From a virus (Duplodnaviria > Caudoviricetes), in the IMG/VR virus record IMGVR_UViG_3300030372_000594, positions 1-36,195 of that record: 36,195 bases of DNA. One strand, 5' to 3'. Shown here in pieces: positions 24,277 to 34,972 of the stretch. Position 1 is the first letter of the stretch. Each line of letters begins with the position of its first letter. A program made the translations under genes and the position numbers. A model generated the notes under the pieces. It was given only the letters and a program-made list of their open reading frames with translations, was not told the DNA's origin and did not search any database.

Positions 24277-27200
24277 TTACTTTTCCTCTAATTGTTTCTT
24301 GAGCGATTTTACTTCAGCAGATAGCTCTTGAACTGCTTTAATTAATGGTGTGATTAATTCTGTTTCGCCAAGTTCTTGCATACCATCTTTGTTTTCTTTC
24401 CAAACTGGAAACTCTGAATGACCTGCTTTATCCATTGCCTCTTTAACTTCTTGAGCAATAAATCCATAATGCTTTTTATCAGGATTTTTACGCTCTGTTA
24501 CACTAGAGTCATGTTGTTCAAACTCTTGAGGATATTCACTTGGTGCTTTTTTCTTAAAAGTGACTGGTCTTAAATCATTAATAAAATCAAGACCTAACTC
24601 AGAATCTTCTATATCTTTTTTAATTCTTCTATCAGATGAATGTGTCCATGTAGCATTTTCACCAAAGTCATTAGTAATATAATCTGAATCAACACCTATT
24701 CTAACTGTTTCTGTACCAGCCCCTGCTAATCCACCAACTCCTGCACATAAAACTATTTCATCTTCTACCCCACTAGCAGATGCATTAGCATCTCGACCAA
24801 TATAAGTATTATACCTACCAGTTGTTAAAGTAGTTGCTGAGTTATAACCTATACAAGTATTTGCCAACCCAGTAGTGATATTTGCACCTGCTATACCTCC
24901 AGCCACAGTATTCCCATCTCCGGCTGTTAAATTTTCACACGACCTATACCCGAGAGAAACATTATATACAGCTGCTTCTAATGCTCCCGCCATACTAGCC
25001 CCACCAAGCGCTGTATTGTATTCTGATTTAAAATCTGCCCAAGCTCCATTACCTGATGCCCATCCTATAAATGTGTTGTAGTCTGAATCATTTGAATTAT
25101 TACCTGCATCAGTATTTGTCATCGCCCCATAACCGATAGCAACATTATTTATTCCAGTTACATGAGTTGCTAATGCTCCTACTCCAATAGCAACATTTCC
25201 ATTACCAGTGGTAATATCTTTCGCTGCACTATAACCTAGAGCGGTATTGTAATCACCAGTTGTACAATCTTCTAAAGCAGTATACCCTACTGCCATATTT
25301 TGCTGACCTGAAGTTACATTTGCAGCTGCTAAGTAGCCTATACCAATCGTATAATTTGCATCTGTACTATTTATATCATTACAAGCAAAACTTCCTATTG
25401 CAACAATTCCAGCTGCAGCTACACCTGTTGCAATCGCATTTCCAGTTTCACGACCAATTATAACACAATCAGTAACAGTTTGAGCAGTTGATAAAGCGTT
25501 TCTACCAATAACTACATTTGAATTTCCTGTTGTTAAAGCATCTCCAGCCTCTGAACCCAAGATAACATTGTCATATCCAGTTGAAAGCGCTCCTGCTTGA
25601 TAACCTACATAAGTATTATGTTGATTGTTGGTGCTTGTTGCTGTAACTAATCTTTGACCAGTTCCAAATCCTATTAATGTATTGTACCCAGCTGTAGTGA
25701 TGTCGTGTCCTGCATAATTACCCAATATAGTATTACTTTGAGCAGTTGTAGCTGCGGTCATAGCTTCATAACCGATAGCAATATTATTATCGCCACTTGT
25801 TAAAGCTCCCAAAGAACTTGTACCTATAGCAGTATTATTTAATGCTCCATCTAAAGCACCATCTAAAGCATTAGTACCGATAGCAATATTGTTATTAGAG
25901 CCTGATGCATCACTAGCAACAGTTCCTCCACCTGCATTAGAACCTATAAAAATAGAATTGGAAGTTCCAATATTGCCCATTCCATCACCTGCAAAATATC
26001 CAATAGCAATAGTATCTGTTATTGCTCCTGTCCCACCAACTAATGAATTTCTACCTATAGCTACATTTTGAGCTGTACTATTATTATTAACACCACCCAT
26101 ACTGCTTTGACCAATAGCAACATTTGATGATTCAGAGCCATCAGCTGCTAACATAGCCTCTCTACCAAGAACAACATTGTAAGTTCCGCTAAGTAAAAGT
26201 GGAGCTGCTTGGTATCCCATTACAGTATTTGCCCCAGCTGTTGTTGCTAACCTTAATGCTTGGTATCCTACAGCTGTGTTACCAGCTCCACTTGTTAAAT
26301 CTTGTAATGCATCATAACCAATCGCAATTGTACCAGTTTGGTCATTGTTACCAACTCCAGTTCCCATTGTATTGCTACCAACACAAACATTCTTTGTTAC
26401 TGTTCCTGTTCCACCTAATAAAGTAGAATCTCCAATAGCTACATTATGGTCTGATGCATCATTATTAATAGAACCCATCGCATTAGTACCAATACTAATA
26501 TTATTAGATTCTCCACCATCAGCTGCATCTAAGGATGCATATCCCATTACTACATTGTATGAACCAGTTGTAATTCCTTTAGCACCTTCATATCCAACTG
26601 CTGTATTTTGTACTCCTGAAGTAAGAGCAGTTAATGCCTCGTATCCTATTGCTATAGCTCCAGTCTGTGAATTTGTCCCAGTTGAATTAAGAGCATAACT
26701 ACCAATCGCAATATTTCTTTTTGCAACCCTACTTCCTGTACTACCAAAATCTCCCATTGTTAATGCTTGATACCCAATACCAATATTGTTATCAATTTCA
26801 TTGCCCGAACCACTTCCCTCATCTGCTAAAGCCATTGCCTCAAATCCAATAGCTATATTGCCAGTTTCACCATTTTCAAACCCTTCTGCTGCTTCGTGTC
26901 CGATTGCTACATTGCCACTTCCACTAACTACATTTTTTAAAGCATCATAACCTAAAGAAGTATTACCAGCCCCTGTAGTCATCATTTTTCCTGATTCGTA
27001 TCCGACTGCAACATTACCTGCTCCTGAAGTAAGTGCAGTTAATGCTTGATAGCCTATTGCTATTGTGCCGTTAGCTGTATTAGTTAATACTCCAGATAAT
27101 GCATTTCTTCCAATTCCAACAAGGTCATTTACATCAGCAGTTGTCCAATTACCATTTATGGCATCCTGACCAATCGCTATATTAAAATCAGCTTGTGTTG

Positions 27201-28776
27201 TTGCTAGGTCTAATGCACCCTGCCCTACGGCTACATTACCTGTGCTAGTTGTTAAACTATAACCTGCCCTACCACCCAAAGCGACATTTGTATCGCCTGT
27301 GGTGATTGAATATAAACTTTGATATCCAACTGCGGTATTGTTTTCAGATGTGTTGTTTCCAGCAGTTCCTGATGAAAGCATAGATTGATAACCTACGGCT
27401 GTATTGTTACCTGCTCCATCTACAAGTTTACCTGACTCAAATCCGATGTAAACATTATTACTTCTTTGACTAACTCCATGACCAGCTTGGTCTCCCAAGA
27501 ATGTATTTTTTTCTCCGCTACTTATACTTCTTGCTGCGTTCCAACCCATTGAAACATTACTATCCCCAGTTGTTAAATCTCTGCCTGAATTTCCACCAAT
27601 AAGTACATTCCTTGTAGCATCAGAAATATTAGAACTACTAGCAATTTGATGTCCAATAAAAACATTATTAACACTCCCTGAATCAATATTGTTACCAGCT
27701 AAGTAACCAAATACAGTATTCCCAGTTGTGGTATCTTCTCCACCTGTACCACCACTATCATTATTACTAAGACTAACACGAGAATTGGAATCAACAATTA
27801 ATCTTGAAACTGCATTCGTAATTAATGCTACTTGGTCATCACCACCACCTACACCATCAGTATCTGCGTATCCATGTGTTCTAAATACAGGATTAGTAGT
27901 GCTTGATGCGGAACTTACCATAGCAGGTCCAGTTGCATTATCTGACCTAAACATCCAAGCTCCACCATAATTCTCTATTTTAAATCTTGTAGAATTATTA
28001 CACCATATATCTAAAAGTGTTGTACTAGCATTTATAAATCCTATGCCAGTAGTTCCCTCAAGATAAAGACCTCCACCGCTAACTATAGCCCCGATATTTG
28101 TATCTGCACCACCTACAGAAACATTTAATCCTACATTTTTTGTAGTTCCTGTAGCATCGTCTGAATTAACATCAACTTTTAATCCTGTTAAATTAACAGT
28201 AGATGCAGCGTTATCTGCACCTGCATCATCAAGGTCAATATGCATAGCATCATAAGTAAGCGTTGCACCTGAGTCCATTGTGCTAGTTTTATTTATATCG
28301 AATAAAATTGCTCTGTTTGTAGCTGAAGTATTTCCAGTAACAGTTCGAGTTAAATTTATTGATTTAGTAGTTCTACTTGCACTATGAGATAAATCCAAGA
28401 GACTACTGGGTGAGGCAGTTCCAATCCCAACATTGCCTGATTGAGTAATGTTTATTAATTGACCTGATGCTAAACTACTATTTTGAGCAATAACTAAATT
28501 ATCACTATTGCCATCATCAATACCCATTGAATAGGCAGTTGAGCCAGTAGTCATCCAAGTTATAAATGGGTCACCATCCGTAGCACTATTTGAAATCATT
28601 AACTGAGTAGTAGATGCACTACTATCTAATTGAAATGTTCCAGTAACTATCTCATCATAAGTAAATGAGCCACCACCTTCTACTTTTAAATCTCCTGTGA
28701 TAGTGAGGTCACCTGTAACTGTCCCTCCACTAAGTAAACCACCACTTGATACTGAGCTAATCATTCCTTTTAACAT
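24277..28776 (-). CDS. Long fibre/spike protein with beta-roll repeats and C-terminal S74 intramolecular chaperone
   Basis: Dozens of N-x-A-(I/V)-G-x-x-A repeats; SSDRRIKKDI...YGFIAQEV...LIKAVQELS chaperone domain. Confidence 0.88.
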   Translation of the reverse strand: MLKGMISSVSSGGLLSGGTVTGDLTITGDLKVEGGGSFTYDEIVTGTFQLDSSASTTQLMISNSATDGDPFITWMTTGSTAYSMGIDDGNSDNLVIAQNSSLASGQLINITQSGNVGIGTASPSSLLDLSHSASRTTKSINLTRTVTGNTSATNRAILFDINKTSTMDSGATLTYDAMHIDLDDAGADNAASTVNLTGLKVDVNSDDATGTTKNVGLNVSVGGADTNIGAIVSGGGLYLEGTTGIGFINASTTLLDIWCNNSTRFKIENYGGAWMFRSDNATGPAMVSSASSTTNPVFRTHGYADTDGVGGGDDQVALITNAVSRLIVDSNSRVSLSNNDSGGTGGEDTTTGNTVFGYLAGNNIDSGSVNNVFIGHQIASSSNISDATRNVLIGGNSGRDLTTGDSNVSMGWNAARSISSGEKNTFLGDQAGHGVSQRSNNVYIGFESGKLVDGAGNNTAVGYQSMLSSGTAGNNTSENNTAVGYQSLYSITTGDTNVALGGRAGYSLTTSTGNVAVGQGALDLATTQADFNIAIGQDAINGNWTTADVNDLVGIGRNALSGVLTNTANGTIAIGYQALTALTSGAGNVAVGYESGKMMTTGAGNTSLGYDALKNVVSGSGNVAIGHEAAEGFENGETGNIAIGFEAMALADEGSGSGNEIDNNIGIGYQALTMGDFGSTGSRVAKRNIAIGSYALNSTGTNSQTGAIAIGYEALTALTSGVQNTAVGYEGAKGITTGSYNVVMGYASLDAADGGESNNISIGTNAMGSINNDASDHNVAIGDSTLLGGTGTVTKNVCVGSNTMGTGVGNNDQTGTIAIGYDALQDLTSGAGNTAVGYQALRLATTAGANTVMGYQAAPLLLSGTYNVVLGREAMLAADGSESSNVAIGQSSMGGVNNNSTAQNVAIGRNSLVGGTGAITDTIAIGYFAGDGMGNIGTSNSIFIGSNAGGGTVASDASGSNNNIAIGTNALDGALDGALNNTAIGTSSLGALTSGDNNIAIGYEAMTAATTAQSNTILGNYAGHDITTAGYNTLIGFGTGQRLVTATSTNNQHNTYVGYQAGALSTGYDNVILGSEAGDALTTGNSNVVIGRNALSTAQTVTDCVIIGRETGNAIATGVAAAGIVAIGSFACNDINSTDANYTIGIGYLAAANVTSGQQNMAVGYTALEDCTTGDYNTALGYSAAKDITTGNGNVAIGVGALATHVTGINNVAIGYGAMTNTDAGNNSNDSDYNTFIGWASGNGAWADFKSEYNTALGGASMAGALEAAVYNVSLGYRSCENLTAGDGNTVAGGIAGANITTGLANTCIGYNSATTLTTGRYNTYIGRDANASASGVEDEIVLCAGVGGLAGAGTETVRIGVDSDYITNDFGENATWTHSSDRRIKKDIEDSELGLDFINDLRPVTFKKKAPSEYPQEFEQHDSSVTERKNPDKKHYGFIAQEVKEAMDKAGHSEFPVWKENKDGMQELGETELITPLIKAVQELSAEVKSLKKQLEEK

Positions 28777-29114
28777 TCTACTATCCTTACCGCTCCCGTT
28801 GTGGTTGATGTTGAATTATAATTAAAATATATTGTATTGCCTAGTCCTCTTGGAACTGTAATAAATGTGAGCGTGTTTTTGGGGAGTAGTAAATCATTTG
28901 ATGCATTTACATCTGTTCCGCTTGTTGCAAAATTAAAATAAATGTCCACCGCACTATAAATTCCAATAGTTCCACTAGATGCTTTTAGTGCTAAGTGTGT
29001 TGAATTATTTACATTAGCACTAGAACCTGCCGTTCCCGCAGATGCGACTGTCCATTCGCCTCCGACTGTTGTGTTTAATGCTTCTTGTACCGAATAAGTG
29101 TGTATATCTGCCAT
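28770..29114 (-). CDS. Small beta-rich structural protein
   Basis: 114 aa, Thr/Ser-rich, overlapping the fibre start. Confidence 0.6.
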   Translation of the reverse strand: MADIHTYSVQEALNTTVGGEWTVASAGTAGSSANVNNSTHLALKASSGTIGIYSAVDIYFNFATSGTDVNASNDLLLPKNTLTFITVPRGLGNTIYFNYNSTSTTTGAVRIVEC

Positions 29115-29201
29115 TTTCTCTGCCTCTCTAAGCTATGGTGAGCGTGAATGAGTTATAATTACTACTATAAATTAAAAATAGAAATAAACTTTTTGAAAGC
29201 G

Positions 29202-29393
29202 TTACTTCTTAGATTTCTTTTTCTTTTTTAATATGCGTTTTTTAGGTTTAGAATAGGGACTATCATCGCTTTCTGATGTTATTCGAGTATAGCCTTGACT
29301 CTCTAAAGATTCGAGTTTTTCTGGGTGTTTTTCAAAATTTTCACTTTCTATTCTTTCCAGTTTACCGTTATTAAAATTTTTCCAATATTGCAT
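29202..29393 (-). CDS. Hypothetical protein with Lys-rich tail
   Basis: 63 aa; AAGGAG RBS; directly after the capsid gene. Confidence 0.7.
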   Translation of the reverse strand: MQYWKNFNNGKLERIESENFEKHPEKLESLESQGYTRITSESDDSPYSKPKKRILKKKKKSKK

Positions 29394-29412
29394 TTTATGC
29401 TCCTTTTAAAAT

Positions 29413-29438
29413 GTGGGGCAGAGCGAATCATGCCCCAC
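29413..29438 (-). terminator. Hairpin after the capsid gene (terminator/attenuator)
   Basis: 8-bp stem GTGGGGCA/TGCCCCAC followed by ATTTT on the - strand. Confidence 0.55.
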
Positions 29439-29458
29439 TTGTTAAGATAGATTTATAA

Positions 29459-30355
29459 TTAATCTACATTCAAGAAGCGTACGCCTCTTTTATTATCAGA
29501 ATCATCAATCAACTTTACGCCATACAGCAGGTCGCTTACGACCTTCGTTCCTAATGCGTCAATCGAGTATTCAGACTGGACACGAACTTCGTTCTGAACT
29601 GCTATAGCACAAGCTGTCTTGTGAAAAATAGCACCTGGGATTGTAGAGCTAGTGCCACCAGTGCTTACAGTATTAGACATATATACATCAATACCATAGA
29701 GGCTTCCAACCATTCCAGACCTAAGTCCACGATTTCCTTCTCCGACTGCATCATTTCTGATGAAATACTGAGCAATACCAGCAGATGGATTTAGAATGTC
29801 AGCAAATAGAGTTGGATTAACAACCATTGCACATTCGCCATCCATGTAAGGTATATCGTTCTCGCCAAGAGTAGCAAGAGCAGCCTCAAATACTGCAGCG
29901 GTTAAAGTATCGTCAGCAGACAATGCTTGAGTTTGATTTAAACCATCTAACTCTGCCCATATATCAGCATCAACTTGACGAGCAAGAGACTCACCCATCA
30001 TTCTTGAGTATTTAGCAACTAGGTCTGCGTTGGACTGTATTTGAGCTACATCCTCAAATAACTTTGCGACATATTTGTGTTTATTAACTGTCAACTGAGT
30101 CTCTGTGGTTACAGTTGCATCATAAGATACATCTGAACCCGCAGACTTATCACTCGCACTAATAATACTCATTTCAGGGATATGTAATACATCTCCAAAA
30201 CCAGCACCGCCAAATATGGCACTATAGTCATCAATTAAACCACGAAAAACAGTTTTTCTTTCGAAGTATTTATAGATTCCATCCATCCAAATTTCTGGTA
30301 TGAAATGTTGGTCTGTTGTGGTAGTAACAGGACTACCTTGATAATGTTTAGCCAT
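29459..30355 (-). CDS. Major capsid protein (HK97 fold)
   Basis: FIPEIW...GDVLHIP...LARQVD...G.VGSLYGIDVYMSN...LYGVK; follows the scaffold gene. Confidence 0.9.
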   Translation of the reverse strand: MAKHYQGSPVTTTTDQHFIPEIWMDGIYKYFERKTVFRGLIDDYSAIFGGAGFGDVLHIPEMSIISASDKSAGSDVSYDATVTTETQLTVNKHKYVAKLFEDVAQIQSNADLVAKYSRMMGESLARQVDADIWAELDGLNQTQALSADDTLTAAVFEAALATLGENDIPYMDGECAMVVNPTLFADILNPSAGIAQYFIRNDAVGEGNRGLRSGMVGSLYGIDVYMSNTVSTGGTSSTIPGAIFHKTACAIAVQNEVRVQSEYSIDALGTKVVSDLLYGVKLIDDSDNKRGVRFLNVD

Positions 30356-30370
30356 TATTCATTTCCTTAT

Positions 30371-30952
30371 TTATCGCCTACGATATGCATCTAAAATATT
30401 GCCCCAATTAGAACGCCTCTCATCGTCAGATAAGTCAACCCAGTTTTTATTTTCTGGATTAGCACTCCTAGCGGGAGTTCCATCTGTAGGTGCTATCTCG
30501 GCTTTAGTTTCAATTTTCAATTTATTATGGATAGCTTTGAGTTTATCTAGCGGTAAATCGCCAAAAGTTTCTCTATCTTCTTCATCCATATCTGCTAAGA
30601 TTTCTTCCCTCAATGCTTCTAATTGTTTCATTGCAGCTTCTATGACTGGTTCTTGCTCTTGAAGTTTAGAACCTCTTTGTTCTGCAAGTTCTTGCCATTT
30701 ATTCTGCTCTGCCATCTGTGTCTCTTTATCGGCTTCTAACTTTTTTTGCAATTTAGAAAGTTCATCTTCAGCAGTTTGTGCCCTGCTTCTATACTTCTTG
30801 CTTTCTGCAATCAAGCTACCAACTTCAGAGCTAGGTTCGGTTGCTTGTGTTTGGCTATCAGTTGCCACCTCTTTTGCTTCGTCTTGCATTGGGTTTGGTA
30901 TTTCTTTTTCTACCTTTACCCCTGATTGTACTTCAGACATACTGTCCTCCAT
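30371..30952 (-). CDS. Capsid scaffolding protein
   Basis: Acidic coiled coil with ESKKYRSRAQ; immediately upstream of the capsid gene. Confidence 0.8.
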   Translation of the reverse strand: MEDSMSEVQSGVKVEKEIPNPMQDEAKEVATDSQTQATEPSSEVGSLIAESKKYRSRAQTAEDELSKLQKKLEADKETQMAEQNKWQELAEQRGSKLQEQEPVIEAAMKQLEALREEILADMDEEDRETFGDLPLDKLKAIHNKLKIETKAEIAPTDGTPARSANPENKNWVDLSDDERRSNWGNILDAYRRR

Positions 30953-30970
30953 TTTGGTTATTAAAAATCT

Positions 30971-31258
30971 TTATTTTCTTTTGGTCTTACTTGGTGACCA
31001 TTTAACTTTATTTGCCCACCACGCAGCAGACATCTTACCTCTTGCAATATTCTTAGCGTGTCTAGCTTTAAACGCTTTTCGTTGTTTTGGCGTTTGATTA
31101 GTCTTAACACCTTGTTGTCCAAATCTAATTGTTTTTATTTTATTTCCCTCCTTTGCAACAACAATATGAGATTTAGTTTTATGGCTTGGAGTTCTCTTAG
31201 GTTTATTAAATCCAGAGACTCCCGCTCTTGCTAATCTTGAATCTTTTTTCTTAGGCAT
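30971..31258 (-). CDS. Small basic protein, family A copy 2
   Basis: 95 aa; GFNKPKRT..HKTKSH...IRFGQQGV...MSAAWWANKVKW. Confidence 0.85.
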   Translation of the reverse strand: MPKKKDSRLARAGVSGFNKPKRTPSHKTKSHIVVAKEGNKIKTIRFGQQGVKTNQTPKQRKAFKARHAKNIARGKMSAAWWANKVKWSPSKTKRK

Positions 31259-31740
31259 TATATGTTTAAGTCTATTTCTATATCTTTAGCAATAAATCGC
31301 AAGATATTGTTTTCTATTTTTTTTGATAAATAATCTTCTAAAAACTTTTGATTGTTTTCATTTAACCCATAAATATTTCTTTTTGGTTTGTTGCCTCTTT
31401 TTTTAGAGTGTCCAATTACTTTTTCACCATCAGCAAACAAAATCTCTACACTTGTTTTAGTTGCGTTTTGAGCCTTAATGGAATCTAGCATCTTACCAGT
31501 TAATCTTAAATTAGGTGGTGATATTTGCCTATCTTTTGAGACTCCTTTTTTACCTACCTTACCTATTGATTTTTTAATAGAATAATTTAAACTGTAAGCC
31601 TTAAATGGTTTCCCATTTTTATCTTGACTAATGCCCCTATCTGAATCTTTTACTATTCTAGTGGCTAACTTACCGCCAATTATTTTCCAATCTTTTGTGT
31701 CTGTTTTTACAAGATTAAATAACTTCATAATACCATCCAA
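31258..31740 (-). CDS. Virion morphogenesis (Mu gpG/neck-like) protein
   Basis: FKAYS..Y...K...NLRLTGKMLDSI...PKRNIYGL motifs. Confidence 0.65.
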   Translation of the reverse strand: MDGIMKLFNLVKTDTKDWKIIGGKLATRIVKDSDRGISQDKNGKPFKAYSLNYSIKKSIGKVGKKGVSKDRQISPPNLRLTGKMLDSIKAQNATKTSVEILFADGEKVIGHSKKRGNKPKRNIYGLNENNQKFLEDYLSKKIENNILRFIAKDIEIDLNI

Positions 31741-32420
31741 CTATGTCTGCAATTAAATCCACCCCTTACACCAAATGGAGTATCTGAATCATTTACTTGT
31801 GCCTCTGTATATCCCTTAGATGGTTCATTATTATGAGTTGATACACAAGCGGGGCGTGTTCTTGAATCTTGAGTACCCACATAAGTCCACTTAACATCTT
31901 CTCCCTTAAAAATATTATATCTACTGAAATCACTAAATTGTCTCAACCCAGTATTTACCGCCACATTTAATTGATGGGTGGCTAAACTTGTTTCACCTAA
32001 TTGAGCAACAATACTACCAATACTAGAACCACTATAAATATTAGTAAATAAAAGCTTTTTTAAATCATTGCTAAAGGCACTTGCTCTACCTAATAATATT
32101 TCTGTGTCTAGGTCTTTTAATTGTTGCAATGCTTGAACTGTTTCTGATTTTAATGGTGGAATCCCTCGTCTTTTTGCTTCTTTGACTGCTTGTGCTAATA
32201 GCACATCATACTCATTCATTAAATTGTTAATCTCATCACCATAACCCTTTTCAACTAACTCTTGTAAAAAATTTAACCTCCTAGTTGTTTGAAGTAGTTC
32301 GGTCTCTGTCATGTCTTTCATTCGATAGCTTAATTTTTCCAAATCGTCTTTTAATTCGTTTTCTATTTTTTCAATACTAGACATAAATGATTCAACTGCT
32401 TTATCTACATTATCAGGCAT
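31725..32420 (-). CDS. Minor head protein (SPP1 gp7/Mu F-like)
   Basis: C-terminal DSRTRPAC...GGFNCRHSW; follows the portal gene. Confidence 0.8.
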   Translation of the reverse strand: MPDNVDKAVESFMSSIEKIENELKDDLEKLSYRMKDMTETELLQTTRRLNFLQELVEKGYGDEINNLMNEYDVLLAQAVKEAKRRGIPPLKSETVQALQQLKDLDTEILLGRASAFSNDLKKLLFTNIYSGSSIGSIVAQLGETSLATHQLNVAVNTGLRQFSDFSRYNIFKGEDVKWTYVGTQDSRTRPACVSTHNNEPSKGYTEAQVNDSDTPFGVRGGFNCRHSWMVL

Positions 32421-33765
32421 TTAGTATTCTTTCAATCTGACTCACTGGTTGTTGTGCTTCACGCTCTTGTTGCTTTTCTTCTTGCACTTCTCCCATCTTA
32501 GATGCTAATTCCTCATCGCTCATATCTGGATTGAAATACAATAATAAATCACGCTTACTCATAACTCCATTAGCTAATTTCCAATCAAGCATTTTTAATT
32601 CTTGGTCAACACTCATTGGGTAAGACACCTCGCCAAAGTCAACAGACAAATCTTCATTTAGATTCATAACCCCATGCTTTTCTAATATGGTTCTATCTAT
32701 TTCATATCGGCTATGCTCCCATTCTTTAAAGTAAGGAATGTCGCTTTCCCTTGACTCTAGGTTTTCTATCTCCAATATTCTTAACGCTTCACCTGATGGC
32801 GAATTGCCTCCCGATTCGCCCCATCGTATTCTTAGGTGATTATTTTCTGCGGTCTGATTAGCAAACGCTTTAACACTTTCAATCATCTCATTGATACCGC
32901 CACTAGGTGATACATATTGAAATGTCGCACCCTCTGGTAGAATTATAGCCGAATCAATACCAGATTTAATTACTGATTGCCCCTCATCTATCCCAGTAAA
33001 GACTGGTTGTCCTAATCTACTACGAACACTTAATGCAATCTCTGTCATAGCAATACCAATTTGAATAGCACTTCTAATTACATCATAACTAGATGACGGG
33101 TAAACAACTTTAGATATAGGTGTAATCCCATAGGGGTTAATCATGTCCTCATTACCATTAACCGCATAGCGATTACCCTTTTGATTAAACTTAAAATGCA
33201 TTCCTTGCATACCATCTCTATCTTCAGACCAAAAAACATATTGTCTATCTTTATTATTACCTTTGTCTATTTCATAACTATATCCATAAGGCTCTGAATC
33301 ACCACTTAAATAGTATTCTTTTACAAATGGAAGTATTTCGTATTCCAGTCGTTGCTTACGCTCATTGAATTTAGATTTAAAATGACAACTCCCAAGCAAC
33401 CAAGCTAACTCACTAAAGCATTTAGTTTGACTGTCTAGCATATATGCTATTTTTTTATAATCATCGTTTTCTTCTCCACCAATAATTCTTTTAGGTGGAT
33501 TCTTATATAGCATCATTCTCGCCCTTGAAAATCTAGGCACTACTTTTTGCGGGAATGTTGGAATTTGTTGCAATGATTCACTAGAAAAATATTGTTCAAT
33601 GTGCTTATCCATATTGATGTTATAATAGAAATCCATAGCAGTCATTCTTTCCGCCATTTCTTTTTCTTTAAACTCTTGTTCTGCTTTTGCAACTGTCGCT
33701 AGTATTACTTGTTCAGATAGTTCGGGGATGACTACTTGATTAACTGTTCTGCCAAAATTTATCAT
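32413..33765 (-). CDS. Portal protein
   Basis: 450 aa after TerL; SGEALR motif. Confidence 0.82.
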   Translation of the reverse strand: MINFGRTVNQVVIPELSEQVILATVAKAEQEFKEKEMAERMTAMDFYYNINMDKHIEQYFSSESLQQIPTFPQKVVPRFSRARMMLYKNPPKRIIGGEENDDYKKIAYMLDSQTKCFSELAWLLGSCHFKSKFNERKQRLEYEILPFVKEYYLSGDSEPYGYSYEIDKGNNKDRQYVFWSEDRDGMQGMHFKFNQKGNRYAVNGNEDMINPYGITPISKVVYPSSSYDVIRSAIQIGIAMTEIALSVRSRLGQPVFTGIDEGQSVIKSGIDSAIILPEGATFQYVSPSGGINEMIESVKAFANQTAENNHLRIRWGESGGNSPSGEALRILEIENLESRESDIPYFKEWEHSRYEIDRTILEKHGVMNLNEDLSVDFGEVSYPMSVDQELKMLDWKLANGVMSKRDLLLYFNPDMSDEELASKMGEVQEEKQQEREAQQPVSQIERILNA

Positions 33766-33769
33766 ATTA

Positions 33770-34972
33770 TTACCATTTTATTGTTCTTGAGGCTTTACTA
33801 ATAACTGGGAACTTGTATGCAATCGCATAGCTACAAGCATCCAATGCATGAGTTAGCTCTATGTTAGACTTGTCTATCCCTCCCCTTTTATCTCTCTGCA
33901 CTTGTTCTAAATCTTTTATTAAGAATTTGCACTTAGGGTCTATAGTCATTGTCACATTACCCTCTGCATCTAGTAGCTTTCTATTTAATGCGTTTAATCT
34001 ATCTATATGGCTTGGGTGTGCTTTCTTTGCCCTAATTAAAAATCCATAATCTCTTAGTATGTGATGGTCTGAGCGATTACTTGTCGTTGACCTAGCACTA
34101 CCCGCTGGGTCTGGATATACTTCGACATTTGGCTCTATAGCTTTCATCTTTCTAGCCATTTCTTCGGTGTTACTATTCTTTAATCTTATCTCATCATAAT
34201 AGTGAATTGTGCCATCAGTAAATTGACAAGCTAGAGTCGCTGACATCCAGTCCACATTGAAGTCACAGCCCCACCATTTATAAGTAGATAATTCCTTTGC
34301 TTTCTTAACATGAACATCTCTATCAAAGTTCCAAGCTGCCCTATTGCCAGTTGTTTCAAACGATGCTTCAAACTCTTGCCTAAATACACTAGCATCCATT
34401 GTTCTTTTTGCTTGTGCTATTTCTTCCGCAGGTACAAAGCCACCATCTATTGTTTTGAACTGCCATGACTTCCAATCTGGCTCACTCTGACCCCTTGAAT
34501 ATAAATCATACATAATGTCATAACCATTTGGAGTCCCAATAAATAAAACACTTCCCTTAGTTGTTGTCAACATAGGATAGACAATCTCTTCCCATACATG
34601 AGGCTTGATATATGCCATCTCATCCATTACGCATTTTGTAAGTTCCACACCACGCAATGCGTGTTCATTATCTGCACCTTTGACTGCAAACTCTGCACCA
34701 TTTTCAAACCTAACAGACATCTCAGTTTCATTTAGCTTTGCTCCATTGAACCCTGAGAACATCTGGCGAAGAATAGGAAACACTATATTTCGACCCATTC
34801 GATAAGTGGGCGTAATGAACCATCGTCTTTCGTTTTCTTGAAATGGGTCTTTCAACAAATACATAAGAGACAAAATAGTCTTGCCCCATCTTCTCCCACA
34901 TACTAAAACTTTGAACCTGTTTGGGTCGTTTAATATTTTTTTTCTTGTATTGTTTAGTGTCCATTGAATCAT
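33770..34972 (-). CDS. terL: Terminase large subunit
   Basis: GRRWGKT Walker A, LRG..L..CVMDE Walker B, GTPNG, nuclease DFN...DPAG...HALDA. Confidence 0.95.
   Translation of the reverse strand: MIQWTLNNTRKKILNDPNRFKVLVCGRRWGKTILSLMYLLKDPFQENERRWFITPTYRMGRNIVFPILRQMFSGFNGAKLNETEMSVRFENGAEFAVKGADNEHALRGVELTKCVMDEMAYIKPHVWEEIVYPMLTTTKGSVLFIGTPNGYDIMYDLYSRGQSEPDWKSWQFKTIDGGFVPAEEIAQAKRTMDASVFRQEFEASFETTGNRAAWNFDRDVHVKKAKELSTYKWWGCDFNVDWMSATLACQFTDGTIHYYDEIRLKNSNTEEMARKMKAIEPNVEVYPDPAGSARSTTSNRSDHHILRDYGFLIRAKKAHPSHIDRLNALNRKLLDAEGNVTMTIDPKCKFLIKDLEQVQRDKRGGIDKSNIELTHALDACSYAIAYKFPVISKASRTIKW

Noticed and set aside
24277-28776. Diversity-generating retroelement acting on the fibre
   Set aside because: No reverse transcriptase and no TR/VR pair differing at adenines; the repeats are degenerate protein repeats.
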